Shown here one piece after another: positions 1 through 9,967 of a stretch of DNA of 64,000 nt. The notes beneath the pieces are model-generated. The model was not told where the DNA came from. It saw only the letters and a program-made list of their open reading frames with translations, and did not search any database. Within the stretch, counting starts at the first letter, position 1; every line of letters begins with the position of its first letter. Made by a program: the position numbers and the translations under genes. Source of the stretch: Bdellovibrionales bacterium (GTDB taxonomy: Bacteria; Bdellovibrionota; Bdellovibrionia; Bdellovibrionales; UBA1609); NCBI GenBank assembly GCA_965219095.1, contig OZ244719.1, positions 256,001 through 320,000 on the forward strand. Reading direction: 5' to 3'.

Positions 1-763
1 TTTTTCCATTGTATTTCATCTACACCTATAGCTTGTATTCCCTTTAAAACCCTTTGTTTTAAACCATATTCTACGACCCATTCTACCGAAGCATAGACCT
101 GATTCCAACTGACATGAAACTTACAAGAAACCTCTTTCCAAGACAGGTGACGACACCAGTCTGCTAAGTACTTCATGTAAAAGATCGTTAAACTCTTCTT
201 ACCATCGGCCCAAGGTAAATACTCAACTTTTACCCCACAGCAAGGACAATTAACTCTTCTTACAGCATAAACAAAGAACACCCTGTAACTTAAAATAGGA
301 AGGGATTCAAAGTCCCGTGATGATTTACTGCTGTCATACACTGAACAGGGCTTCTTACAAACACTACAAAAAGCTTGGCCATTTTTACGAGCCTTAATAG
401 GAACATTAATTGACTTTCTATCTTTTGAAAAATAAATGTCTTCGTACACAAAAGACTTCCATCTTAAACAATCATTTAGTATAGTCTTCAAAAGCATCTC
501 TTCCCTCCTTTTTTTTTTTTTTGAATAACATTTTAAGGCATCTGGGAAGTAGGTGCTTCTTTTTTAAAATTTTAATGTAACACAGCAAATAAAAGCAAAT
601 AAAATGAATGTTTTTGAGTTCAATCGCCAAAGGCGATAGAGGCCAGTAAGGGCCTCAAAGAACTCAAAAATACAAGATAGGATGTCTTACTCTTACTTTG
701 ATTAATATGAGCCTTTTTGGGGGATTTCTACTACTTTTCACCCACAGATTCCCGGGAGGAGCC
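1..763 (-). mobile_element. ISL3-family element, left part (transposase starts at ATG 497 and runs off the window)
   Basis: Near-identical to 30844-31608. The left terminus reads GGCTCCTCCCGGGAATCTGTGGG on the minus strand. The N-terminus MLLKTILNDCL has CxxC motifs and the GVDE motif typical of ISL3. Confidence 0.9.
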
Positions 764-804
764 ATTTTTTTTTTATGTTTTAATACTCATATGTTAAATT
801 TATT

Positions 805-852
805 GCCTCCTCAAAAGAATCTGTGGGTTCCCGGAGGTTCTTTTGAGGAGCC
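805..852. repeat. 48-bp hairpin derived from the ISL3 right end
   Basis: GCCTCCTCAAAAGAATCTGTGGGTTCCCGGAGGTTC matches the ISL3 end at 30088 and is closed by TTTTGAGGAGCC. The reverse-complement copy is at 47585-47633. Confidence 0.8.
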
Positions 853-2502
853 AAAAAGAAAAACCCAAAGATACGATTCAACAGATCCAAAAAAACTCTC
901 AGAAAAAAGAAAGAAAAACCGCTTCACAACCTATGAAGAAAGCAAAAAGACTTACTTATATAGTGCTTCCGTTTAGGTTTTCAGGTTCCTAAGATGGAGA
1001 AGTTATCAGTTATCAAAGTTTCTAATTTAGCTCTGTGTTTTCGTATTCCTCTAAAAAATTGACTTAAACTTCCCTTGAAATCGTCATAATTTTCATAATA
1101 GCGATTTGCTGTGACCTCTTTTTTCATAAACTTCCAAAGCCTTTCTATAGGATTTAAATTCGGTGAATACGGAGGAAGATAAACAAGTTTTATATTCAAC
1201 TCTTTCGCTAACTTCTTGACAGACTTCGATCTATTGTATCCGGCCCCATCTAAGATAAGATGAATCTCTTTTTCATCGGGATGCTTCTTAATGAATATGA
1301 TAGAGCATATCACATAGAAAAACTTCGTTAACTGTCTTATAACTCCTGACTACCGTCTTCAAACTATTGATCTCAATAGCTCCACAAACATTCACTCTTT
1401 TTCTCCAGCCTGAATTGGTCTTCACTTCAAACTTCTTACCCTCTCTTATCCAACCATATGAAATCGTAGGGCCCCACTCAGGATGTGTGGAATCAGCAAA
1501 GTAAACAGGACCGTCTTTCTTCTTAATTCTCTTGTATTTACGCACAAACTTTTTCTGCTCTTCTCTCTTTGCCTTACCCGGTATCGCTGTGGCTTTTTTA
1601 TAAGAAAAACCAAGGCGATGGAGAAGATCAATTACACCACTTGTTGAGTACGTAACACCAAAATTCTCCTCAATGAACTGAATAACGGTCTGTGATGATG
1701 GAAAAATTCTTTTCTCTAATTCCTTTAAAAGCATTTTCTCCTCTTTCTTAGTTAAAAAGGACCTTTTAGGGTTATAATTGTCGTTGATTAAGCACTCTAT
1801 CCCACCTTTGTTATAACGATCTCTACAGGCTCTTATCGTGCCCTCATCAATGAAAAGAAAGCAGGCAATATCTTTTACACAACTTACCTTTATCTAATAT
1901 GGAGAATTGTCATAATCCTTTTTGCGTATTTAATATTTTTCTCTAAAGATAGTTCATAGAGTAAATCTTCTCGCTCTTTTTTTGATAGAAACCCTGACAT
2001 ATGAAACTATTTTTAAAAATAAATGACTTTTTATCAAGGCCTTAGAATAAAAACTAGACCTCAACTCAAAAAAAACGGAAAACCTAAGCGAAAGCACTAT
2101 ATAGATGAGATAAAACAAGCTCTTCTTAACTATAAGGACCACCCACCTGAGGAAACAATTCTTGTCGATGCAGAAAGCAGAGCTTACTGTTCATCAACTG
2201 ATTGTGATCAAATCGCTCAAGTGGAAAATTATTGTCGTTATCATTATCTTTCTTTATAGAAAAAGATACAAAAACGCAGAAAAATATTAGCAGAAAACCA
2301 GATTTACACTTATTTACAGAGCCTTTCTGATTCTCACTCTTTAAGAATGATTTATGTAATTTATAAGGATCTTTCTGACGAAAGAGACTTTTTAGATGTC
2401 ATTCAAGAACTTTATTCCGATGATTTAGAGTTTTCTCAGGGCGAGGAAAGCCCTTTAGGGAGCAGTATAGAAAGTGAAATGGAGAACTTTAATAAAGACT
2501 AA
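853..2502 (+). pseudogene. Hypothetical protein gene (Cys/His motif YCRYHY) split by IS630 and carrying an in-frame TAG
   Basis: Removing 959-2103 rejoins ...EESKKTYL|DEIKQALL in frame. The frame continues past TAG 2257-2259 to TAA 2502. Confidence 0.65.
959..2101 (-). mobile_element. IS630-family element (type B), frameshifted transposase 981-2000
   Basis: TIRs TATAGTGCTTCCGTTTAGGTTTTC / GAAAACCTAAGCGAAAGCACTATA with TA duplicated at 957-958 and 2102-2103. The DDE motif LPPYSPNLNPIE is present. Confidence 0.9.
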
Positions 2503-2514
2503 AAGAACTAAAAA

Positions 2515-3051
2515 TTAAACCTTTCTTTCTTTTTTTCGATTTAAAAAAAGATGGTCAATTTGGATTTGTGTTAAAATGTCTTCTTCGTCATCTTGTGTTT
2601 GAAAGAATGATTCCTCTTTAGAGAGGTTGAGAAGCTTATCAGCTTGCTCCTCTAGACTGTCATTTTCTGTTGAAAACAAGAAAAAAATAGTTTCATCTTG
2701 AAAAGTTTGAGTTGACCACTTCCTAGGTAGATTTTGAGAAGAGTTGTTAAAATAATGCTCCATAAGACTCATACTGTAATCAACTATAAGCTCTATAACA
2801 TCTTCAGGCTTATCTGTTTTAGAAGAGAAGTCTTTAGAGATGTGAAAATTTTTTTGACTTATCTGATTGTCTTCTAAGTAACCTATTTTAAATAAAAACT
2901 CCTTAGGGCAAATAAAGCCTTTAACAAGAAATTCTCCTTTTTGAGCTGGATTTTCAAATTTCTTCTCAAAGTTCTTTTTGATTTGTTCTAACAGTTCACA
3001 AGGCCATCTAGCTCTTTTTTTAGAGGATTTGAGCCTGTAAAATACTTCCAT
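2515..3051 (-). CDS. Hypothetical protein
   Basis: 178-aa ORF divergent from miaB, no recognised motif. Confidence 0.7.
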   Translation of the reverse strand: MEVFYRLKSSKKRARWPCELLEQIKKNFEKKFENPAQKGEFLVKGFICPKEFLFKIGYLEDNQISQKNFHISKDFSSKTDKPEDVIELIVDYSMSLMEHYFNNSSQNLPRKWSTQTFQDETIFFLFSTENDSLEEQADKLLNLSKEESFFQTQDDEEDILTQIQIDHLFLNRKKERKV

Positions 3052-3109
3052 AAAGTTGACCTTTCTTAAAGGATCGTTTACTTAATAAATATAAGGGTAG
3101 TTATCGTAT

Positions 3110-4459
3110 ATGGAACTAGATGTCAATAGCTCTAAGAGAGGCCTTTTTTCTCATAAAAAGGGGGTTTATATAAGCACTTATGGCTGTCAGATGAATGTGA
3201 ATGACACAGAGAGAATGTACTCTCTTTTGGAGATGATCAATTATTTTTCTGTACCTTTTGCTGAAATGGCAGAGCTTATTATTATTAACTCCTGTAGTGT
3301 GAGGCAAAAGCCTGTGCATAAAGTACATTCAGAAGTAGGGCGTTATAAGGGTCTTAAGAAAAAAAATCCTCATATGTTAATTGGTGTCACTGGTTGTGTA
3401 GCTCAACAGGAAAAAGACAAAATTCTTAAAACAATACCTTTGTTGGATTTTGTTGTGGGAACAGACGCTATTGACAAGCTTCCTGATATAATCACTAACA
3501 TAAGAGAGCTAAAACAAAAGATCGTGGAAGTTCGTTTTGAACATCAAAAACCTTATGAAATACAAACTCTGATCCGAAACCCTAAGGTTTCAACCTTTGT
3601 AAACATTACAAAAGGTTGTGATAATTTTTGTACTTTTTGTGTTGTTCCGTTTACTAGGGGCAGAGAAAGAAGCCGACCTATGAAAGAGCTTATCATTGAT
3701 GTACAAAACTTAGTTCAAAGGGGTGTAAAAGAAGTGACTTTCTTAGGGCAGAATGTAAATTCCTATCGATCGCCTTGCGGCAGTGATTTTGCTGATTTAC
3801 TTAAAAATATAAGTTTAGAGACAGATATAGAACGTATCCGTTATACCACAAGTCACCCTAAAGATTTTAATGAAAAACTTGTAAATGTTATGAATACATA
3901 CAGAGAAAAAATATGTGAGTATGTTCATTTACCTGTACAGTCAGGAAACAGTGAAGTTTTAAAACGTATGAATCGTGGTTATTCAAGGAAAGAATATCTT
4001 TCAAAAGTCCATATGATATTAAATGAGTTAGAAGGAGTCAGTCTTTCAACAGATATCATTGTAGGGTTTCCGGGAGAAACAGAAAAACAATTTGAAGACA
4101 CTTTAAGTTTGTTAGATGAGGTCAATTATGAAAGCCTTTTCGCTTTTAAATACAGTCCTCGCCCTTTTACAAAGGCAGCTAAGTTCAGGGATCAAATTGA
4201 TGAAAAAGAAAAATCAAGACGACTCCAAACTCTTTTCGAAAAACATGAAAAAATAGCTTTTCAACTAGCTCAAAAATATGAATTGCAAACTCTAAAAGTT
4301 TTAATAGAAAACGTTAAAGAAGGAATGGCCTCAGGGCGTTCAAGACAAAATAAGTTAGTTCATTTTAAAGTCAACCAAAGTGACGGAGTGGGTAAAACAG
4401 TTGATGTTTTTATCAAGAAAGCTTTTCCTCAAACTTTGAGAGGAGAGTTATGTTCGTAG
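3110..4459 (+). CDS. miaB: tRNA-2-methylthio-N6-dimethylallyladenosine synthase
   Basis: TYGCQMN N-terminus, radical SAM motif CDNFCTFC, DIIVGFPGET and a C-terminal TRAM-like domain. Confidence 0.95.
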   Translation: MELDVNSSKRGLFSHKKGVYISTYGCQMNVNDTERMYSLLEMINYFSVPFAEMAELIIINSCSVRQKPVHKVHSEVGRYKGLKKKNPHMLIGVTGCVAQQEKDKILKTIPLLDFVVGTDAIDKLPDIITNIRELKQKIVEVRFEHQKPYEIQTLIRNPKVSTFVNITKGCDNFCTFCVVPFTRGRERSRPMKELIIDVQNLVQRGVKEVTFLGQNVNSYRSPCGSDFADLLKNISLETDIERIRYTTSHPKDFNEKLVNVMNTYREKICEYVHLPVQSGNSEVLKRMNRGYSRKEYLSKVHMILNELEGVSLSTDIIVGFPGETEKQFEDTLSLLDEVNYESLFAFKYSPRPFTKAAKFRDQIDEKEKSRRLQTLFEKHEKIAFQLAQKYELQTLKVLIENVKEGMASGRSRQNKLVHFKVNQSDGVGKTVDVFIKKAFPQTLRGELCS

Positions 4460-4974
4460 AGATCAAAGCTCACAATTCAATCAAAAACACAAAACCACAA
4501 ATAGGAGAAGATGTGTTTGTAGCAGATAACGCAAGAGTCATAGGAGATGTGGTTTTAGAGAAAGACTCTTCTGTTTGGTATCATGCTACCATTAGAGGGG
4601 ATGTTATGCCGGTGAAAATAGGAAAAGAAACTAACATTCAAGATGCAACTGTCATTCACTCTACTCATAAAAGAAATTCTGTTGTTTTAGGTCATAGAGT
4701 TACAATAGGCCATATGTGTGTGCTACATGGTTGTAAAGTCAATGATCTGTGCCTTATAGGCATGGGAAGTATTCTTACGGATGACGTAGATATCCCAGAA
4801 AAATGTATTGTAGCTGCCGGCTCTTTAGTCCTGTCTCAGCAGAAGTTTAGATCAAAAACTCTTATCTTAGGACGTCCTGCTAAAGAGTTAAGAAAACTTA
4901 CAGGAGAAGAACTTGATTTTTTGGAACAGTCAGCTAAGAATTACTTAAAATATAAACAGTGGTATAAAGTATGA
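4450..4974 (+). CDS. Gamma carbonic anhydrase family protein (YrdA-like)
   Basis: Hexapeptide repeats, IRGDV, NIQD..IH and TIGH...LHGC. Confidence 0.9.
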   Translation: MFVEIKAHNSIKNTKPQIGEDVFVADNARVIGDVVLEKDSSVWYHATIRGDVMPVKIGKETNIQDATVIHSTHKRNSVVLGHRVTIGHMCVLHGCKVNDLCLIGMGSILTDDVDIPEKCIVAAGSLVLSQQKFRSKTLILGRPAKELRKLTGEELDFLEQSAKNYLKYKQWYKV

Positions 4975-6431
4975 ATATGAAACTTCCTATAGCTTTAACC
5001 TTTGAAGATGTTTTACTTGTTCCTCAGTACTCTGAGGTTTTACCTTCAGAGGTAAGTACTCGTAGTTTTTTTGCTAAAAACATGTTTTTAGCAACACCTA
5101 TTCTATCAGCAGGAATGGATATGGTCACAGAAAGTAAAATTGCTCAAAGAATAGCTCAATTAGGAGGCTTAGGAATCATTCATAAAAATTTATCTCTTCA
5201 AGAACAGGTTTTAGAGGTCGAAAAAGTAAAAAAATATGAAAGTGGTATGATCTTAGATCCTATTACCTTATCTCCTGAAAAAAAACTTAAAGAAGCTTTA
5301 GAGTTGATGAAAAAATACTCTATCAGCGGAGTCCCCATCACAGATAAAAAGGGATTTCTTGTAGGAATTTTAACCAATAGAGATTTAAGGTTTGAAGAGA
5401 ATTTAAATCGTTCCATATCTGAACTCATGACAAAAGATAATTTAATCACAACAAAAACTCATCGTTCTTTAGATGAAGCCAAACAGATTTTACAGAAAAA
5501 TCGTATAGAAAAACTTCCTGTTGTAGATGATAAAGGTTATTTAAAAGGGCTTATTACCATTAAGGATATTCAAAAATCTATTAACTATCCCTTAGCAACA
5601 AAAGATAGCAAAGGTCGTCTTGTTGTGGGAGCTTCTGTGGGAACAGATCCTCTCAGTTATGAAAGAGCAGAAGCTTTAGTGTCTCAAGGAGTGGATGTTT
5701 TAGTTGTGGACACAGCTCATGGTCATTCAAAAAATGTTTTGAAAATGGTAGAGCATTTATATAAATCGTTTAAGGATGTGATTGTTGTAGGAGGCAATGT
5801 TGTTACAGCTGAGGGAACAGAGGCTTTGTACAAAAGAGGAGCTGATGTGGTCAAAGTGGGAGTAGGTTCAGGAAGTATTTGTACTACAAGAATGGTTTCA
5901 GGTGTAGGAATCCCTCAAATTCAAGCCGTCTATGAGTGTTCTAAAGTTACAGAAAAATATAAAAAAACTATCATTGCTGATGGGGGAATTTCTTATTCTG
6001 GAGAGATTACAAAGGCTTTAGCTATAGGAGCCCATTCTGTGATGTTGGGTTCGCTTTTAGCGGGGTGTAAAGAAAGTCCTGGTGAAATTGTCATCTACCA
6101 GGGGCGTCGTTATAAAACTTATAGAGGTATGGGAAGCTTAGCTGCTATGAAAAGAGGTTCAAAAGATCGGTATGGACAAGCAGATCATCATGATGAATTA
6201 GTACCAGAAGGTATTGAAGGTCAAGTGACTTATAAGGGTGCTTTAAAGGAGGTTGTTTATCAACTTATAGGGGGTGTGAGGGCTGGTATGGGGTATTTAG
6301 GAGCTAAAAATTTAGATGACTTACGAAAGAAAGCCCAGTTCATACAAATCACAGGTAATGGTTTGAGAGAATCTCATGTTCATGGTGTTCAAATCACTCG
6401 TGAAGCCCCTAACTATCAAGCTCCCATTTAA
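4971..6431 (+). CDS. guaB: IMP dehydrogenase
   Basis: [13 protein letters not shown] pair, GSICTTR catalytic Cys and YRGMGS. Confidence 0.97.
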   Translation: MNMKLPIALTFEDVLLVPQYSEVLPSEVSTRSFFAKNMFLATPILSAGMDMVTESKIAQRIAQLGGLGIIHKNLSLQEQVLEVEKVKKYESGMILDPITLSPEKKLKEALELMKKYSISGVPITDKKGFLVGILTNRDLRFEENLNRSISELMTKDNLITTKTHRSLDEAKQILQKNRIEKLPVVDDKGYLKGLITIKDIQKSINYPLATKDSKGRLVVGASVGTDPLSYERAEALVSQGVDVLVVDTAHGHSKNVLKMVEHLYKSFKDVIVVGGNVVTAEGTEALYKRGADVVKVGVGSGSICTTRMVSGVGIPQIQAVYECSKVTEKYKKTIIADGGISYSGEITKALAIGAHSVMLGSLLAGCKESPGEIVIYQGRRYKTYRGMGSLAAMKRGSKDRYGQADHHDELVPEGIEGQVTYKGALKEVVYQLIGGVRAGMGYLGAKNLDDLRKKAQFIQITGNGLRESHVHGVQITREAPNYQAPI

Positions 6432-6453
6432 GAAACTTTTAGGTGAAGGTAAA

Positions 6454-7005
6454 GTGACTGAAAAAGAAAAGTTAATATTTAAAATGTTAGAAGCTATAGG
6501 TGAAGATCCTAAAAGAGAGGGGTTAAAAGAAACTCCAACAAGGGTGATTTCTTCTTGGTTAGAACTTTATTCAGGCTACTCACAAGATCCTAAAGAAATT
6601 TTATGTAAGACCTTTAAAAGGACTCATTATCAAGAGATGGTTATTTGTCGTGATATTTCTTTTTACTCTACTTGTGAACATCATATGCTCCCTTTTTTTG
6701 GAAAAGCTCATGTAGGTTACATTCCTAATAAAAAAATTGTAGGTCTTTCAAAATTACCTCGCTTGGTGTCTTGTTTTTCAAGACGACTTCAGATTCAAGA
6801 AAGCCTTACAGAACAAATTGCTCAGGCTATTGAAACTTACTTAGAACCAGAAGGAGTAGGGGTATGGATGAAAGCTCAGCATCTATGTGTTTTGTCAAGA
6901 GGAGTAAGGGATCATTCCTCTAAAATGATTACAACTTCCCTTAAGGGAAGCTTCTTAGAAGATCATAAAGTTCGTCAAGAGTTTCTAAGTTCTCTCAAAT
7001 TATGA
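6454..7005 (+). CDS. folE: GTP cyclohydrolase I
   Basis: REGLKETP, CEHHMLPF, GLSKL and RRLQIQE. GTG 6454 was chosen as start to avoid overlap with guaB. Confidence 0.93.
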   Translation: MTEKEKLIFKMLEAIGEDPKREGLKETPTRVISSWLELYSGYSQDPKEILCKTFKRTHYQEMVICRDISFYSTCEHHMLPFFGKAHVGYIPNKKIVGLSKLPRLVSCFSRRLQIQESLTEQIAQAIETYLEPEGVGVWMKAQHLCVLSRGVRDHSSKMITTSLKGSFLEDHKVRQEFLSSLKL

Positions 7006-7679
7006 AACACTCAAAAGCATTAGTTGTTTTTTCAGGGGGTCAAGATTCTACAACTTGTCTTTTTTGGGCTCAAAATCGCTACTCTTACGTAGAAGCGGTT
7101 ACTTTTTTTTATGAGCAAAATCATCAAGTAGAATTAAAGCAAGCTCAGCTTATATGTAAAAAATTAAATATTCCTCAAAAAGTGATAAACTTTTCTGTAA
7201 AGAATCTTACTACATCATCTCTTTTGGATTCAAAAATAAAGATGAGCTTTTCTGAAAAAAAAATTCCTAACACTTTAGTGGAAGGACGCAATATTTTGAT
7301 GTTTACCTATGCAACTATTTACGCAAAAAACAAAAACATTGATCATCTTGTTACAGGTGTTTGTGAGACAGACAATTCAGGCTACCCTGATTGTAGAGAA
7401 CAGTTTGTTGTTTCTTTAGAGAAAACCTTAAAGTTAGGCTTAGACTTTGACATTGAAATCAAAACACCTTTGATAAAAATGAATAAGGCCCAGATCTTTG
7501 AATTAGCTAAGAAGGAAGGGTGTTTGGAATTGATTTTAGAAGATTCTCATACTTGTTACAGGGGTGAGCGTACAAAAAAACATGAATGGGGTTATGGCTG
7601 CGGTGAATGTTTTGCTTGTGTGTTAAGGCTCCGGGGCTGGGAAAGATTTAAAAGTTATAAAAATCATAAGCCCAATTAA
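7002..7679 (+). CDS. queC: 7-cyano-7-deazaguanine synthase
   Basis: SGGQDS, GYPDCR and the Zn motif CY...GCGECFAC. Confidence 0.95.
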   Translation: MKHSKALVVFSGGQDSTTCLFWAQNRYSYVEAVTFFYEQNHQVELKQAQLICKKLNIPQKVINFSVKNLTTSSLLDSKIKMSFSEKKIPNTLVEGRNILMFTYATIYAKNKNIDHLVTGVCETDNSGYPDCREQFVVSLEKTLKLGLDFDIEIKTPLIKMNKAQIFELAKKEGCLELILEDSHTCYRGERTKKHEWGYGCGECFACVLRLRGWERFKSYKNHKPN

Positions 7680-7710
7680 AATTGCAGGCCCTTCATTTTT
7701 TCTTCTAGCG

Positions 7711-7777
7711 AAGTATTTTAGGGTCACTATGAATAATAATGGCTTAAACCAGTGACTTGTCTTGTTTGATTTGACCG
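7711..7777 (-). mobile_element. Remnant of the IS110/IS1111 left end
   Basis: The reverse complement aligns with 51486-51544 (TAGGGTCACTAT...ATGGCTTAAACCAGTGAC.TGTCTT). Confidence 0.75.
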
Positions 7778-7887
7778 AGAAAGTATGTGACAATTTTTCT
7801 CACTATGTTTAAATTTTTGTCACTTTTGAATTTTTTTCAGAGTCTTAAGATCTTAACACTCTAAATTTTTAATGATTAAGTTTAGGA

Positions 7888-7916
7888 TTGACATGTTTTT
7901 TCTTTTATGCTACCTT
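7888..7916 (+). promoter_or_regulatory. Sigma70-type promoter of the RCC1-repeat gene
   Basis: TTGACA-N17-TACCTT with extended TG. The same motif is conserved upstream of the paralog at 29736. Confidence 0.55.
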
Positions 7917-7979
7917 AAAACATTAGAAAAGAAAAAGTTTAAAAAATAAACATTTTCAAATTCAAAAAAGGAGAGTAAA

Positions 7980-9428
7980 ATGAAAATAATAGCTTACTTT
8001 ATATTGGTGAAAGTCTTGTTTATACTTTCATTTTGTCTCGCTGAGGCAGAAAATATCGTCTCTATTTCCGTAGGAACTACTTATGGTATTGGTACTTATG
8101 GTATTGCTGTGAAAAGCCATGCCTGTGCACTTTCTGAAATTGGACAGGTATGGTGTTGGGGATATGGACGTTATGGTCAGTTAGGATATGGAAAAAATAA
8201 GAATCGATCTTATCCTGTACTTGTGAGAACAAAGTCTGGAATGCCTTTAAAAAATGTCATCTTTATTTCTGCAGGAAGCAGACATACCTGTGCTGTTTTA
8301 AGAAATGGTGAGGCCTGGTGTTGGGGAAATGGATATTATGGTCAGTTAGGAAATGGAAAAAATAAGAATCGATCTTATCCTGTACTTGTGAAAACAAAGC
8401 CTGGAGTGCCTTTAGAAAAGGTCGTCTTTATTTCTGCAGGAGATGATCATACTTGTGCTGTTTTAAGAAATGGACAGGCACAGTGTTGGGGATATGGATA
8501 TTATGGTCAGTTAGGATATGGATATTATGGTCAGTTAGGAGATGGAAAAAATAAGAATCGATCTTATCGATCTTATCCTGTGCTTGTGAAAACAAAGTCT
8601 GGAGTGCCTTTAGAAAATGTCATCTTTATTTCTGCAGGATACAATCATACTTGTGCTGTTTTAAGAAATGGTGAGGCCTGGTGTTGGGGATATGGATATT
8701 ATGGTCAGTTAGGAGATGGAAAAAATAAGAATCGATCTTATCCTGTACTTGTGAAAACACAGTCTGAAGTGCCTTTAGAAAAGGTCGTCTTTATTTCTGC
8801 AGGAGATGATCATACTTGTGCTGTTTTAAGAAATGGACAGGCACAGTGTTGGGGATATAATTTATTTGGTCAGTTAGGAGATGGAAAAAATAAGAATCGA
8901 TTTTATCCTGTGCTTGTGAAAACACAGTCTGGAGTGTCTTTAGAAAATGTCATCTTTATTTCTGCAGGATACAATCATACTTGTGTTTTAAGAAATGGAC
9001 AGGCACAGTGTTGGGGAAAAAACCAGCTAGATCCTGAACCTTTACAAGTAGATCAAAGCAATTATTTACGAAGGTTCAAACACCTAGATCCTGAGCCTTT
9101 ACAAGTAGATCAAAGCAATTATTTACGGAGGTTCAAACACCTAGATCCTGAACCTTTACAAGTAGATCAAAGCAATTATTTACGGAGGTTCAAACACCTA
9201 GATCCTGAACCTTTACAAGTAGATCAAAGCAATTATTTACGGAGGTTCAAACACCTAGATCCTGAGCCTTTACAAGTAGATCAAATATATCCTCCGTATC
9301 CTTTTATTATGATTTCTACAGGTACTAATTATACATGTGTGCTTTTAAATGGACAGGTACAGTGTTGGAAACATCAAAGTAAAGAAACTCCTATTCCTAT
9401 GATTATGAAATTTAAGAAAAAGAATTAG
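7980..9428 (+). CDS. Secreted RCC1/BLIP-II repeat protein with a C-terminal 19-aa tandem repeat
   Basis: Signal peptide, ~55-aa repeats CWG..YGQLG...ISAG..HTCA and RBS AAGGAG. Confidence 0.9.
   Translation: MKIIAYFILVKVLFILSFCLAEAENIVSISVGTTYGIGTYGIAVKSHACALSEIGQVWCWGYGRYGQLGYGKNKNRSYPVLVRTKSGMPLKNVIFISAGSRHTCAVLRNGEAWCWGNGYYGQLGNGKNKNRSYPVLVKTKPGVPLEKVVFISAGDDHTCAVLRNGQAQCWGYGYYGQLGYGYYGQLGDGKNKNRSYRSYPVLVKTKSGVPLENVIFISAGYNHTCAVLRNGEAWCWGYGYYGQLGDGKNKNRSYPVLVKTQSEVPLEKVVFISAGDDHTCAVLRNGQAQCWGYNLFGQLGDGKNKNRFYPVLVKTQSGVSLENVIFISAGYNHTCVLRNGQAQCWGKNQLDPEPLQVDQSNYLRRFKHLDPEPLQVDQSNYLRRFKHLDPEPLQVDQSNYLRRFKHLDPEPLQVDQSNYLRRFKHLDPEPLQVDQIYPPYPFIMISTGTNYTCVLLNGQVQCWKHQSKETPIPMIMKFKKKN
9027..9285 (+). 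repeat. 57-bp in-frame tandem repeat, about 4.5 copies (LDPEPLQVDQSNYLRRFKH)
   Basis: Units start at 9027, 9084, 9141, 9198 and 9255 and differ only at synonymous sites. Confidence 0.95.
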
Positions 9429-9967
9429 GGTATGTCCTCATTTACCTAGACCTTTTTCAAGACCTTAGGCGTGTTGAATATCTATAAAGATTGTAAAAAG
9501 CTCATAACAAAGGGAGGTGTTATGTTAAGGAAAGTTTTAACAGATTCTATGTGGAAGGATCTGGAAGCTATTATAAGAGAGAAAGGCTGTTATCATTCAG
9601 CAAACAATAGAAATGTTATAATGTTATGGAAGCAATTTTATGGAAATTACGCACAGGCAGTCCGTAGCGTGATATTCCTGAACAGTTTGTCCTTGGAAGA
9701 CAGCATATAATCGCTTTAATAGGTGGGCACAAAAAGGGTTATGGAATGATTTTTTTTTACTTTACAAGAAGAAGTTGATACAGAGTGGGTGTCCATCGAC
9801 GGAAGTTACGTATCGGTTCATCAGCATACTAGTGTTCTGACCAGTAAATTTTTTCACAATTTTCAAGACATGGTCATAGTTTTTAAAACATGCATTCGAT
9901 AATTTGATCCTTCGTAATTGTTGCCAGACTTGTTCCATGGGATTTAATTCTGGACTATAAGGAGGTA

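Noticed and set aside
698..976. 92-aa ORF
   Set aside because: It is a chance read-through of the ISL3 end, mini-hairpin and IS630 tip. Only 853-958 looks like real coding sequence.
2257..2259. TAG recoding
   Set aside because: TAG ends normal genes here (miaB, prs) and this gene is already IS-disrupted.
6454..7679. folE-queC as a 7-deazaguanine DNA-modification (dpd) system
   Set aside because: No dpdA/tgt-like or other dpd genes are nearby. The housekeeping context fits folate and queuosine synthesis.
8140..9020. DGR-like variation (AAT/TAT/GAT codon swaps among RCC1 repeats)
   Set aside because: There is no reverse transcriptase or non-coding template repeat in the window, and several differences are not explicable as adenine-only changes.
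9027..9285. Possible CRISPR array
   Set aside because: The 57-bp units are contiguous with no unique spacers, lie in frame within a CDS, and no cas genes are present.
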